Assembly: GCA_021810345.1 (NCBI GenBank)
Contig: JAJZIX010000001.1
Location: forward strand, 7,847 to 71,846
DNA: 64,000 nucleotides
Reading direction: 5' to 3'
Source: Nanobdellota archaeon
Lineage (GTDB): Archaea > Nanobdellota > Nanobdellia > Parvarchaeales > Parvarchaeaceae
In this document: positions 37,867 to 47,284 of the stretch, piece after piece
How positions within the stretch are numbered: position 1 is the stretch's first letter
Layout of the letters: each line of letters starts with the position of its first letter
Position numbers and translations under genes: made by a program
Notes under the pieces: model-generated
What the model saw: the letters and a program-made list of their open reading frames with translations, nothing else
What the model was told of the DNA's origin: nothing
The model's database searches: none

Positions 37867-39993
37867 CTAGCTGCATACACTACTAATTGAGAAGTTTATA
37901 GTCTGGTTAGATCCGCCTGGCAGAGTCCCATTTTTTGGGCAGGGATAATACTCTTTTCCGCTGTATTCTGATGGGTAAACTACAAATCTGCCGCCGCCTT
38001 CCCCTACGTAAAAGGTGAGGTTTTCTACCGAGGCCGTGGATTTGTTAATGTCCTTATAACTTACATTGAAATAAGCTCCAGAAGGAAGACCGCTTTCTGT
38101 AAAGACAGATGTGCAGTTATAGATTTCATTGTACCCCACTTTAAGCGCATCGCCGGCAGTCAATGACCCAGAGCCTGTTGATGGATTATATTCTATTATA
38201 CAGCCAGAGTGCAGGTAGTCTATGTACGAGCTGTAGACTTTAAATTGGTGCGATCCAGTAGCCGTTGAAAATGAAATCGCAGATGAAGAACCAGTGTCAT
38301 TTATTCCGTTGTAATTTACCGTCCAGTTGAGGCCGTAAGGCAGAGCCGATTGGTAAAAGACGGAGACATTCTCAGAGCATGAGGCTGACGTAGAGTACTG
38401 TATAGTTATTGTTGATCCGGCCGCAGAGTAACCCGAAGCAGGGCATGGATAGTAATTCGAGCCGGAGTAGGAGGTGGAATCCACTGAGAATGAATATTTC
38501 CCTTGGGGGGATATTGCTGTTATATTGTCTGGCGCGCTTGATGTCAGCAAGTTGCTGTTGAAATCAACACTCCAGCTTGCACCATTAGGGAGACCGATTT
38601 CATTGAAGATAGTGAAGCAGGAGGTTGTAGTCCCGTAGAAAATCGGGAGTGAACTGCCGGCTTGCAGGGTCCCTTGGGCCGTGGTGGAATACTCATCCTT
38701 GCATCCACCGTGAAATGCAGCTGGAGACGCAAGTGAATAGCTATAATCCCCGGGGGCGGTGGTGAATGAAATAAAAGAGGAGGTAGAGCTGATATTCTCC
38801 CCATCATACTCAACCCACCATTGTGTGCCGTTCCTCATATCGAACGCGTCGAATATGGTTGTGCAGAGGTTTGATTTTGAATTGCAGCTGCTTGTTGTCA
38901 CACTCTGGTTCCATTGCCCGTGCTGCTCTGCGGATACATTTATCGGCAAAGCGGGACTGGCATTGACATCTTTGTATGGCAGCAGATCTATTGATGAGTT
39001 AAGGGGAGTCCATGCGGTTACATTCCATGTTGGGGAGGTGACATAAGCCCCGCTTATCGAGACCGCACTCACGCCTCCAACGCATATATTTGTCCAGTCA
39101 ACGGCAACGTAATACAGCCCGGCCTTCGCAGTCACATATGCAGGCCCGTAGGTGCCTGCCGACTGGCCTTTCCATGAGGCATTGCCGAAAATTGAGACCC
39201 AACTCGATGAACTTGCGTTTCTGTAGAAAACTGCGCTTCCATCGTTCGTAAGTATGTTAAAGCTCACGTTTCCTGTGAAATACATCGCCTTTACTGCTGT
39301 GTATCCCTGCGTGTCATATGGCGCCCCGCAGTTCACATTTCCATTGTTTAGATCTGCAAGCGTGTTTGGGAAAGGCGAAGCAACCTGGCCAAGAAATATT
39401 CCGTTCGCATAGTACTCTTGTGTCTGGTAGGGCACGCCTATGTAAGGGGTGCCAAACGCGTAGGTATTTGATAAAAGCCCGGCTAAATTGCCTGATAACG
39501 TCGTCTGCATCGGGCCTGAGATCTTTCCTGTGGACAACAGTGTGCTTTTCAGCGGTGATTCTACTGATACATATGAGATCTCACCTGGAATTGAGTATGT
39601 GCTTTTGCCAGACTGGCAGACTCCAAGCACGACAAAAATCTGCGATCCTCCCGGAAGCAGCGACACATCATAGTGCTTTGATACAGCGGATCCATTCGGC
39701 TGGGTCAGGTTGAGGCTAGTCAGAATTATAGGCTGCCCCACTTCATTTGAGATTGACAGAAACATCCCAACCCCAGCTACGCATTCAGCCTGCACCTGGA
39801 ATCCGGAGAAGCCGGTGGTGACAGCCGTCAGGCTGGAGGAAGGTGTGAATACACCGAAAGAATAGAGGAAAGCTGCGACTATGACTATTATTATGATAGC
39901 CCAGCCATAGGTCAGCATATACTCCATAGATGACTGAGCGTTCTTGTTTTGTCTAAAAATAGACTTTCTTTTGCTCCAGTTTTTTGAGTGCAT
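37867..39993 (-). CDS. large pilin-like surface protein with a class III signal peptide, tandem beta-sandwich repeats and many N-glycosylation sequons
   Basis: N-terminus MHSKNWSKRKSIFRQNKNAQSSMEYMLTYGWAIIIIVIVAAF is the same leader family as the tRNA-linked pilins. S/T/N/G-rich. The C-terminal 250 aa carry three tandem repeats containing LPNGASWSVDFNSN, LPYGLNWTVNYNG and LPSGAYFNVSYKD. Confidence 0.65.
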   Translation of the reverse strand: MHSKNWSKRKSIFRQNKNAQSSMEYMLTYGWAIIIIVIVAAFLYSFGVFTPSSSLTAVTTGFSGFQVQAECVAGVGMFLSISNEVGQPIILTSLNLTQPNGSAVSKHYDVSLLPGGSQIFVVLGVCQSGKSTYSIPGEISYVSVESPLKSTLLSTGKISGPMQTTLSGNLAGLLSNTYAFGTPYIGVPYQTQEYYANGIFLGQVASPFPNTLADLNNGNVNCGAPYDTQGYTAVKAMYFTGNVSFNILTNDGSAVFYRNASSSSWVSIFGNASWKGQSAGTYGPAYVTAKAGLYYVAVDWTNICVGGVSAVSISGAYVTSPTWNVTAWTPLNSSIDLLPYKDVNASPALPINVSAEQHGQWNQSVTTSSCNSKSNLCTTIFDAFDMRNGTQWWVEYDGENISSTSSFISFTTAPGDYSYSLASPAAFHGGCKDEYSTTAQGTLQAGSSLPIFYGTTTSCFTIFNEIGLPNGASWSVDFNSNLLTSSAPDNITAISPQGKYSFSVDSTSYSGSNYYPCPASGYSAAGSTITIQYSTSASCSENVSVFYQSALPYGLNWTVNYNGINDTGSSSAISFSTATGSHQFKVYSSYIDYLHSGCIIEYNPSTGSGSLTAGDALKVGYNEIYNCTSVFTESGLPSGAYFNVSYKDINKSTASVENLTFYVGEGGGRFVVYPSEYSGKEYYPCPKNGTLPGGSNQTINFSISSVCS
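37870..38616 (-). repeat. three tandem 78-86-aa protein-coding repeats (GLPxGxxWxV...YYPCP... modules) within the surface protein gene
   Basis: Repeat units start at FNEIGLPNGASW, FYQSALPYGLNW and FTESGLPSGAYF. Each carries the YSxS...YYPCP/C-rich tail. A fourth degenerate unit is possible upstream. Confidence 0.5.
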
Positions 39994-40127
39994 GCTACTA
40001 TTAAGAGTCTAGGATATAATAAGTTTAAAGAAAAATAAAAAGGGGGCAATAGAGCCCCCTTTTGTGGAGGAAATTTTGATGAATAGAAGCAAGGCCGGGC
40101 TTCCTTACTAAGCCCGGCAGCTTGCGT

Positions 40128-41216
40128 TTACTTCAATATCTCTATTCCTAGTTCCTGGCTGATTGCGCCGGTTGTCTTGGAAAGAGTATTGAGCTCTTCA
40201 GGCCCTAACAGGTATGGCGAGCTTACTCCTGTTATTATGGTCATGACCCTTAGCTTTCCAGCCAATGAGTCATCGATCTTTGCTCCCCATATAACCACTG
40301 CGTCTGGATCCAGAGACTGTGTTGCCAGTTCACCTATTTGGTTTACTTCAGCCAAAGTCAGGTCAGGTCCACCGCTTATGTGGATAAGAGCTCCTCTTGC
40401 GCCTTTGTAGCTTACGTCAAGAAGAGGGTTGTTTAATGCCCTTCTCACGACTTCAGTTACCCTTGCGTCGGAAGCGTCAGTCTCGCCTATTCCTATGACT
40501 GAAACGCCTCCTTTGTTCATTATCGCCTTTATGTCCGCGAAGTCAAGGTGCACCAGTGCGGTTGCGTCGGATATGGTCTCGACGATCCCTTTGATCATCG
40601 TCGCCACTACCTCGTTTGCAACGTTGAAAGCCTGGTCTACAGGCAGGTTTCCAGCCATGCTGACAAGCCTGTTGTTGTCTATCACTATGACGGTGTCGGA
40701 TGAGTTCCTGAGCGCTTCCAACCCCGTTTCAGCGCTTTCAACGCGCTTTCTTTCGGTTTTGAAAGGCATAGTCACAGTGCTTATGACTATAGCACCCATA
40801 TCCTTTGCCATTTTAGCGAGCACAGGTGCAGCACCAGTTCCGGTTCCGCCACCAAGGCCAGCGCATACGAAGACCAAGTCCGCTCCTCTAAGAGTTTCCT
40901 TGAGTTCCCTTGCAGACTCCTCTGCAGCCATCTTACCCCTTTCAGGGAAGCCGCCTGCTCCAAGTCCTTTTGTCAGCTCCTTGCCTATCAGGACCTTCCT
41001 GTCGCCCTGTCTTGCATTCAGCTGTATCTGGTCTGTGTTTACAAGTATGACTTCGGCTCCCTTTACTCCCTTCTTAAAGAGCCAATTGCCCATGTTGTTT
41101 CCACCGCCGCCCACGCCCACTACTTTTATCAACGCTTGGTTGAATAGTGGTTCGTTGGAGCTGCTCTCTTCCCTACTTGCCTTTAACGCGCTTTCGACAA
41201 GCAAATCCATTACCAT
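40128..41216 (-). CDS. ftsZ: cell division GTPase FtsZ
   Basis: Tubulin signature GGGTGTGAAP. NTDQIQL motif. 362 aa. Confidence 0.9.
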   Translation of the reverse strand: MVMDLLVESALKASREESSSNEPLFNQALIKVVGVGGGGNNMGNWLFKKGVKGAEVILVNTDQIQLNARQGDRKVLIGKELTKGLGAGGFPERGKMAAEESARELKETLRGADLVFVCAGLGGGTGTGAAPVLAKMAKDMGAIVISTVTMPFKTERKRVESAETGLEALRNSSDTVIVIDNNRLVSMAGNLPVDQAFNVANEVVATMIKGIVETISDATALVHLDFADIKAIMNKGGVSVIGIGETDASDARVTEVVRRALNNPLLDVSYKGARGALIHISGGPDLTLAEVNQIGELATQSLDPDAVVIWGAKIDDSLAGKLRVMTIITGVSSPYLLGPEELNTLSKTTGAISQELGIEILK

Positions 41217-41328
41217 TTTCCCTCCTTTAGGCTGAAGAATACAAAACCGAAAGCTTTATATTCTCATCCTTCCTATATTATTTGTAGAAAACTGAGTAAG
41301 TGCCCCAAACTTACAATGTTACGATTTT

Positions 41329-41360
41329 GAAATTTGAATGTTCCCCAACATTCAAATTTT
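41329..41360. promoter_or_regulatory. 14-bp inverted repeat with a CCCC loop (GAAATTTGAATGTT cccc AACATTCAAATTTT) in the ftsZ/gatD divergent intergenic region
   Basis: A perfect 13-bp palindrome plus a G-T pair, followed by TTTTCTTTT. It lies between divergently transcribed ftsZ and gatD. A candidate operator or structured RNA element. Confidence 0.4.
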
Positions 41361-41547
41361 CTTTTAATTAATTATAATACTTCTAGTTATTATTCGCTTA
41401 AAAACGTTATTGAACTGGAGTTATATAACTTTAGTTAACTATTTTGGCCGAAAAATCCGTTTTTTTGTGCAGTTTTTTGGTTTTGGGGATTACAATGAGG
41501 TATAAAAGCATGCAAGGTTATCATTAATATATCTAAAAAAGCCCTCT

Positions 41548-42846
41548 ATGGAAAAAAACAGCTTTAAACCTGCAGTAGGCAAGCTATCTACTGGAGATCC
41601 GATCGAATTTGCTTTCAAGGGCAAAAACATGCACGGCGAATTCGTAAAGGAGGAAGAGTCGTTTCTACTGATCAAGCTGTCCTCCGGGTATGATATTGCT
41701 GTGCCAAAAAACGAGATCAAAATAATCAAAGCAATTAAATCCGGTATTGCCAGAAAAGAAAAAAACGCCGGCGAGGAAAAACCCGAGAAGAACCCCGATA
41801 TTGTTATAGTTACCACGGGCGGAACCATTTCATCAAAAATAGACTACGAGACTGGTGGAGTCTCGCCCACAGTGCCTTCGGATTACTACTTCAATCTTGC
41901 GCCAAAAATGAGGGATTATGGAAAAATAGCCATAAAACCTATAATGAGCGTATTATCCGAGAACATGCAGCCCTCCGACTGGATAAAGATAGCCTCTGCG
42001 GTCAAGGATGCCATTGACGGGGGCGCAAAGGGAGTAGTAGTCACCATGGGAACAGACACGATGCACTATGCCGCATCGGCGATGTCATTTTTGCTCAATC
42101 CACTGTCGGTTCCGGTGGTTTTCACCGGTGCGCAGAGGAGCGTCGACAGGGGTTCTTCCGATGCTTCCACAAATCTCCTGCTTTCGGTCATAGCCGCCTC
42201 TAAATGGGATGGAGGGGAGTCAGTAATATGCATGCATTCTGATTTAAATGATAATCACAATTTTATACTCCGGGGCAACAAGGCCAGGAAGATGCACACC
42301 GAGAGGAGAGACACCTTCAGGCCGATAAATTCAAAGCCACTAGGTGAGGTTTACCTAGATGGCACAATAAAAACCGTTAGTGATTACATAAGAAAAGCGG
42401 ATAAAACGAAGCTTGACACCAAGCTGGACACAAATGTGAAACTTCTGATCTCCTACCCTTCAATGGGGGGTGACATAATAGAATATTATCTGAGCAAGGG
42501 AGTGCACGGCCTTGTCATAGCCGCCACTGGCTTTGGCAATCTGCCGCTTGAGGACAAAACAATATATAAGGCGCTTTTGTCAGCCAATAAGAAGAACATC
42601 CCTCTGGTTATAACCTCACAGGCGCTGTATGGCTCAACGAACAGCTTTGTTTACAGTACATTGAGGGAGATGTCTAAATTTGACAACATAATATATGTGG
42701 GGGATATGACCACCGAGACTGCGTTCGTGAAGTTGATGCACGTCCTTGGCCATACCAGACAAATAGACAAAGTAAAGCAGATGATGCAGTCGAACATGGC
42801 CGGTGAGATATCCGACAGGAGCCAGATCGACACGTTTTTGATATGA
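41548..42846 (+). CDS. gatD: Glu-tRNA(Gln) amidotransferase subunit D (asparaginase-like)
   Basis: IVIVTTGGTISS asparaginase threonine motif. About 430 aa. 4-nt overlap with gatE. Confidence 0.85.
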   Translation: MEKNSFKPAVGKLSTGDPIEFAFKGKNMHGEFVKEEESFLLIKLSSGYDIAVPKNEIKIIKAIKSGIARKEKNAGEEKPEKNPDIVIVTTGGTISSKIDYETGGVSPTVPSDYYFNLAPKMRDYGKIAIKPIMSVLSENMQPSDWIKIASAVKDAIDGGAKGVVVTMGTDTMHYAASAMSFLLNPLSVPVVFTGAQRSVDRGSSDASTNLLLSVIAASKWDGGESVICMHSDLNDNHNFILRGNKARKMHTERRDTFRPINSKPLGEVYLDGTIKTVSDYIRKADKTKLDTKLDTNVKLLISYPSMGGDIIEYYLSKGVHGLVIAATGFGNLPLEDKTIYKALLSANKKNIPLVITSQALYGSTNSFVYSTLREMSKFDNIIYVGDMTTETAFVKLMHVLGHTRQIDKVKQMMQSNMAGEISDRSQIDTFLI

Positions 42847-44657
42847 AAATAAGATGCGGATTCGAGTGGCATGTGCAGCTCAACACCGGAAAGCTATTCT
42901 GTCGCTGCAGGCCGAAAATGCATGATGAGGATGGAGAGATCAAGCTTAAGAGGTTGTTCAAGCCATCATTCGGTGAATCCGGGCGCGTTGACGAAAGCGC
43001 TGCGTTCGAAGGCTCGAAAGCAAAGGAGATACTCTATGACACATACAAGGACTCCGACTGCCTTGTAGATATAGATGAAGAGCCGCCGCATGAAGTAGAC
43101 AGGGAAGCACTTGAAATTGCATTCGAGTTTGGAAATGCACTCAAGGCGACTCTACTTGATAATATAATATTCATGAGAAAGACGATAGTCGATGGTTCTA
43201 ACACCAGCGGATTCCAGCGTACGGCAACAGTTGGCATCGACGGCGAGTTTAGGTTCAAGGACAAGAAAATCGAAATATCCTCCATATCGCTAGAGGAGGA
43301 TTCTGCTAGGAAAGCAGAAGAAAATCAGCAGCTAACCTCCTATAAGCTGGACAGGCTTGGGATACCTTTGATAGAAGTTGCTACAGGCATAATAGAGACG
43401 GACGAGGAGGAAGCAAAGGAAATCGCCCTTGCCTTTGGCAGGTTTACAAGGCTGTTTAACGTGAGAAGAGGATTGGGTACGATAAGACAGGACGTCAACC
43501 TATCAATAGAAGGAGGGCGCAGAGTCGAGCTAAAGGGCTTCCAGAATATTAGGGAGATGGATAAGGCGATACTGAATGAGGCAAAACGGCAGGAAAGCCT
43601 GATACGGATAGCCAAGGATAAGGGCTATCTTAAGGATAACATGGGGGCTGCTGTTGTAAAAGAGATATCGTCCGTTCTCCAGAACAGCTCTTCAAATTTG
43701 ATAAAAAAAGCAATATCCCAGAACAAAGAGATAACAGCGATTAAATTTGAGGGATTCAAAGGCCTTTTTGGTACCAATATAACAGAAGGCAAAAGATTTG
43801 GCACGGAAGTAAGCGATTACCTGAGGATTAAGGCAGGAAGCGGGATAATCCACTCCGATGAGCTGCCTAATTACGGCATAACCCAGGCCGAATCCGATAG
43901 AATTTCGGAGTTTTTGGGCTGCGGCAAAAACGACGCGTTTGTGTTCAGCATACATGACAAGGGACAGCATATCGCTGAGCATATAATCAGAAGGATAAGT
44001 GATTTGCTGACCTTGGTCCCATCAGAAGTCAGGCTTGTAAAGGATGATAATTCCACATCATTTCTCAGGCCCTTGGGCGGAAAAGACAGGATGTATATAG
44101 AGACGGACCTGCCAGTGATAAAGGTGGATTCGGAAATCGTAAAAAAAGCTTCAAAGTACAAGGGATTCAGCGTGGATGCCATAAAAGAAAAGTACGGTCT
44201 AACTGACGAGTACTTGGAGCAGCTGATAAATGCAAACAGGCTATATGAGGCAATAGAGGCGAACCAAAAGCTGAAGTTAGGCTTCAATGTGATAATTGGT
44301 GTGATGGTCGAGGACCGGAACTACATAAGGCACAAGCTCGGCGCGGAGATAAAGGACGAGACTGTATATAATGTGCTCAAGAGCATTGCTTTAGATAGGA
44401 TATCCAGGGATGCTTCCCGCAGAGTGTTTGAACTTATCGCCTTAGGCAAGGCTGGCAGTGTTGAAGAGGCTGTGCAGAAATTTGGGCTAAAAAAGATTGA
44501 TCTGAAGACTTTAGAGGCGGAGATAAGAAGGCTGGTGGAGAAGGACAAGCTGAGCAGGTACGATACTCTCATAACCAACCTGAGGGACAGGCTTGGTTTT
44601 TCATTCGACGCAAAAGATGCGTATGAAATCGCATCAAGGCTTCTGAAAAATGGATAA
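42843..44657 (+). CDS. gatE: Glu-tRNA(Gln) amidotransferase subunit E
   Basis: N-terminus MKIRCGFEWHVQLNTGKLFCRCRP matches the GatE start (CGLEIHQQL...KLFC). 604 aa. Confidence 0.85.
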   Translation: MKIRCGFEWHVQLNTGKLFCRCRPKMHDEDGEIKLKRLFKPSFGESGRVDESAAFEGSKAKEILYDTYKDSDCLVDIDEEPPHEVDREALEIAFEFGNALKATLLDNIIFMRKTIVDGSNTSGFQRTATVGIDGEFRFKDKKIEISSISLEEDSARKAEENQQLTSYKLDRLGIPLIEVATGIIETDEEEAKEIALAFGRFTRLFNVRRGLGTIRQDVNLSIEGGRRVELKGFQNIREMDKAILNEAKRQESLIRIAKDKGYLKDNMGAAVVKEISSVLQNSSSNLIKKAISQNKEITAIKFEGFKGLFGTNITEGKRFGTEVSDYLRIKAGSGIIHSDELPNYGITQAESDRISEFLGCGKNDAFVFSIHDKGQHIAEHIIRRISDLLTLVPSEVRLVKDDNSTSFLRPLGGKDRMYIETDLPVIKVDSEIVKKASKYKGFSVDAIKEKYGLTDEYLEQLINANRLYEAIEANQKLKLGFNVIIGVMVEDRNYIRHKLGAEIKDETVYNVLKSIALDRISRDASRRVFELIALGKAGSVEEAVQKFGLKKIDLKTLEAEIRRLVEKDKLSRYDTLITNLRDRLGFSFDAKDAYEIASRLLKNG

Positions 44658-45234
44658 GATAAGTCTGTCGCAGGAACTGAAAAGACTTCTGCCTCTGGAG
44701 CATTACCCTGTAAAAAATGAGTCTTACCAGACCGATGTAAAAACCGCAGCCGACATGCTATTTATGGTCGACTCAATAAAGCCAATCGCCGGAAAGCTGG
44801 TTGCCGATATGGGCTGCGGCAACGGGATACTTGGCATAGCCGCTGCCCTTATGGGTGCGAGCCATGTAGATATGTACGATATAGACAAGGGGGCCATCAA
44901 AACATGCTCAGAGAACATAAAGCTGCTGAATCTGGCAGATTGCTCGGCCATCGAAGGGGACCTGTTCGATGTGTCCAAGAAGTACGATATAATAATATCG
45001 AATCCGCCGTTCGGGTTCCAGACCTATTTCAACTTGGATGCCATGATCCAGAAGTTTGGACAGATCTCGGGCTGCTTCTTTTTTATTCATAAGGACAATA
45101 AAAACATAAAATTGATTGCTGAAAAGTACGGCGCAAAAACTGCGGAACTGGGGGACATAACCCTTGGACGCACAGCAAGGTTCCACAGGGAAGATTCTCA
45201 CAAGCTTCCAATCGTGCTGGTTTACAGGTGCTGA
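44650..45234 (+). CDS. small SAM-dependent methyltransferase with an NPPF motif (COG2263/METTL5-like putative RNA methylase)
   Basis: DMGCGNGILGIAAALMGA motif I and IIISNPPFG catalytic motif. 194 aa. Confidence 0.55.
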   Translation: MDKISLSQELKRLLPLEHYPVKNESYQTDVKTAADMLFMVDSIKPIAGKLVADMGCGNGILGIAAALMGASHVDMYDIDKGAIKTCSENIKLLNLADCSAIEGDLFDVSKKYDIIISNPPFGFQTYFNLDAMIQKFGQISGCFFFIHKDNKNIKLIAEKYGAKTAELGDITLGRTARFHREDSHKLPIVLVYRC

Positions 45235-45291
45235 TCCCGATCTTAAGCATTTAAAATGGCAACTGCTCTATATCTTATTGGGTGATTAAAA

Positions 45292-45768
45292 ATGGTCTTT
45301 ATTGGTTCTAAGTCCGGCGATGTGATGGGCCTTAGCCTTGGCATTCTGATAACCATAGTCATAATAATAATTCTGCTGCTGGTATTTGTTACTCCAATAA
45401 GAACGATACTTATAGGCACGCTAAGCGCCATCCCTTCCCTGATATCCAGCGTCGGCAAAAGCGGCGGCGGGACTTCTAGCCTGGGCACAACAACCACAAA
45501 TTTCACGGCTTATAACTGTACTGGAGTCTCATGTGTAAGATTTGAGAGCTTACCCTACACATGGACTCTAAACTACAATGGGAACAACCAGTCAGCTTTT
45601 GCAAATCAGTCGATACATTTCACCACTGCCCCTCTGAATTACTCTCTGACAGCTTACCCAATACAAGGTAAAAGCATACAGTACTGCTCAAATCTGAGCG
45701 TAAGCCAACCGGCTACGGCAAAGCTTGAGGCAGGATATTCATACACAATTTATTACAAAGTGTGCTGA
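45292..45768 (+). CDS. membrane-anchored surface protein carrying one LPxxWxxNYNG repeat module
   Basis: N-terminal TM anchor LSLGILITIVIIIILLLVFV. The S/T-rich SLPYTWTLNYNGNNQSAFANQSIHFTTAP module is similar to the repeats in the 708-aa protein. Several sequons. Confidence 0.45.
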   Translation: MVFIGSKSGDVMGLSLGILITIVIIIILLLVFVTPIRTILIGTLSAIPSLISSVGKSGGGTSSLGTTTTNFTAYNCTGVSCVRFESLPYTWTLNYNGNNQSAFANQSIHFTTAPLNYSLTAYPIQGKSIQYCSNLSVSQPATAKLEAGYSYTIYYKVC

Positions 45769-45798
45769 ACCAGATCACTAAAGCTATAAATTCTGCGG

Positions 45799-45999
45799 AT
45801 GCGAGAAATTAAGATGGTTTTTCACAGGCTTGGGAGCAAGGGCGCAATATCGCTCGGACTTGAAATAATAATCTTGATAATCATAGCGATAGCACTGTTG
45901 GTTATCCTGTTGTTTCTTATAAGAAGCGGAATAATATCGCCTGTGACCCACCTGACTTCAACTGTAAACACAAGCAATATAAACAACAGCATCCCTTAG
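45799..45999 (+). CDS. small putative pilin-like protein (class III-like N-terminus)
   Basis: HRLGSKGAISLGLEIIILIIIAIALLVILLF shows the KG-A-ISLGLE pattern, a hydrophobic helix and a short S/T/N tail. Weak call. Confidence 0.3.
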   Translation: MREIKMVFHRLGSKGAISLGLEIIILIIIAIALLVILLFLIRSGIISPVTHLTSTVNTSNINNSIP

Positions 46000-46014
46000 A
46001 ACCCATTCAAAAAA

Positions 46015-46089
46015 GGGGCGGTGATCTAGTTTGGTTATGATGCCAGCCTAGGGCGCTGGATGTCCTGGGTTCAAATCCCAGCTGCCCCA
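46015..46089 (+). tRNA. tRNA-Pro-like, apparent anticodon AGG
   Basis: Acceptor GGGGCGG/CTGCCCC. Anticodon stem CCAGC/GCTGG. Loop CTAGGGC. T-arm CTGGG-TTCAAAT-CCCAG. The A at position 34 is unusual. Confidence 0.65.
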
Positions 46090-46133
46090 TCCCTTATTTG
46101 GGATAATGCTATCATATATCCACACACACAAAT

Positions 46134-46265
46134 ATGTCTCATAACACAAAAAGCCAGTCCGCCCTTGAATATTTAATGACGTATGGCTGGGCCATTTTGG
46201 TCATTGTCATCGTCGCAGGAGTCTTATACAGTCTAGGAATATTCTCACCGGGCTCATCTTGCTAA
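46134..46265 (+). pseudogene. 43-codon pilin-family fragment holding only the class III signal peptide and TM helix (MSHNTKSQSALEYLMTYGWAILVIVIVAGVLYSLGIFSPGSSC*)
   Basis: Near-identical to the N-termini of the 30660 and 51420 pilins. It stops right after the conserved SLGIFSP motif. Located 45 nt downstream of tRNA-Pro. Confidence 0.5.
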
Positions 46266-46291
46266 AGCACATGGGTTTTTCGCGCTCACAC

Positions 46292-46840
46292 TTATAATTT
46301 AAAACTCTCTACTCCAGAATAACTAGGGTACGACATGCTTATTGTTAGATTTGACCACGTAGAAATCGGGACGGGGTTTATGGTGATCGTACTGCCAGAT
46401 ATTTGAATATTACCGTACATGATATCTAAAATATCCCCTTTTGAGATTGTTGCAGGGCCAGAACTCGCAAAAAATATCACGTAGCCTAGTCCGGCATTAC
46501 TTGAAACCCAAACCACGGGGTGGCCAGAGCTCTTTGACTGCACACCTTGATTGCTGGCCCAAGATATCGTGTAGCTTCCGGCTAGTTCTGAGGTTTTGAT
46601 AGAATTCATATACATGGAGATGTGATCTTCATCCATCGATGTAGGATTGATAAAGGTAACCACTAAATTGACGGCTGCAGTAACTGAACTTGAGCCAGTG
46701 TCGTTCCCATTCGACGAGAATGTCATATTCAGGGGACTGCCACCCAATCCGCCACCATGGCCGGCTAAGAAATAGATGGATAGGGACACGGCTACGATGA
46801 TGACTGCAGCTACTGGCAAATACACTGTTTTAATATCCAT
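46292..46840 (-). CDS. secreted or surface protein (N-terminal signal anchor, S/G-rich)
   Basis: MDIKTVYLPVAAVIIVAVSLSIYFLAG anchor. Sequons NMT, NDT and NLT. Confidence 0.4.
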   Translation of the reverse strand: MDIKTVYLPVAAVIIVAVSLSIYFLAGHGGGLGGSPLNMTFSSNGNDTGSSSVTAAVNLVVTFINPTSMDEDHISMYMNSIKTSELAGSYTISWASNQGVQSKSSGHPVVWVSSNAGLGYVIFFASSGPATISKGDILDIMYGNIQISGSTITINPVPISTWSNLTISMSYPSYSGVESFKL

Positions 46841-46865
46841 ACTTTATTCTTTTGATCTCATAGTT

Positions 46866-47180
46866 TTAAGGATTGTAGCCGGAGTATTTGGCCGCATAAT
46901 CCGCTATGACGGGGATTTCTGTATCCTCGCCGTAATACGCTTTTACTGCGATGTACATTCCATAGATAAAGATTAGGAAGACCACGGGCGAACCAAGAAA
47001 AGGCACAAAGACCAAAATAAAATCCAAAACTATGGCGATAATTCCCAGGAATATGGCTTGCAATGAATGAAATTTCAGTCGCTTGTCCTTTTGGCCAGCC
47101 GTAAAAAACATGATTATGCCACTGAGCCACATAAAAAGATATACAAAAATATACGCGATATTTTTTTTCTCTTTCTCCAT
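46866..47180 (-). CDS. small integral membrane protein (three TM helices)
   Basis: Hydrophobic profile. Confidence 0.4.
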   Translation of the reverse strand: MEKEKKNIAYIFVYLFMWLSGIIMFFTAGQKDKRLKFHSLQAIFLGIIAIVLDFILVFVPFLGSPVVFLIFIYGMYIAVKAYYGEDTEIPVIADYAAKYSGYNP

Positions 47181-47284
47181 AATATCTATAATTTATGCGG
47201 TTATTTAAATGTATACTTTTCACTAAATAGCATTATCTCCCCATCCCTTATTCGGGATATAGATGTCAAAGACAGACATAAGAA

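Noticed and set aside
40429-41235. 268-aa plus-strand ORF overlapping ftsZ
   Set aside because: Antisense shadow of ftsZ (Ala/Ser/Pro-rich). FtsZ motifs are unambiguous on the minus strand.
41329-41370. Hairpin plus T-run as an intrinsic terminator
   Set aside because: There is no upstream gene on the plus strand whose transcript it could terminate, since all genes from 37.8 to 41.2 kb are on the minus strand. A regulatory or operator role in the divergent promoter is more plausible.
41490-41828. 112-aa minus-strand ORF overlapping the gatD start
   Set aside because: Antisense to gatD. Hydrophobic low-complexity translation.
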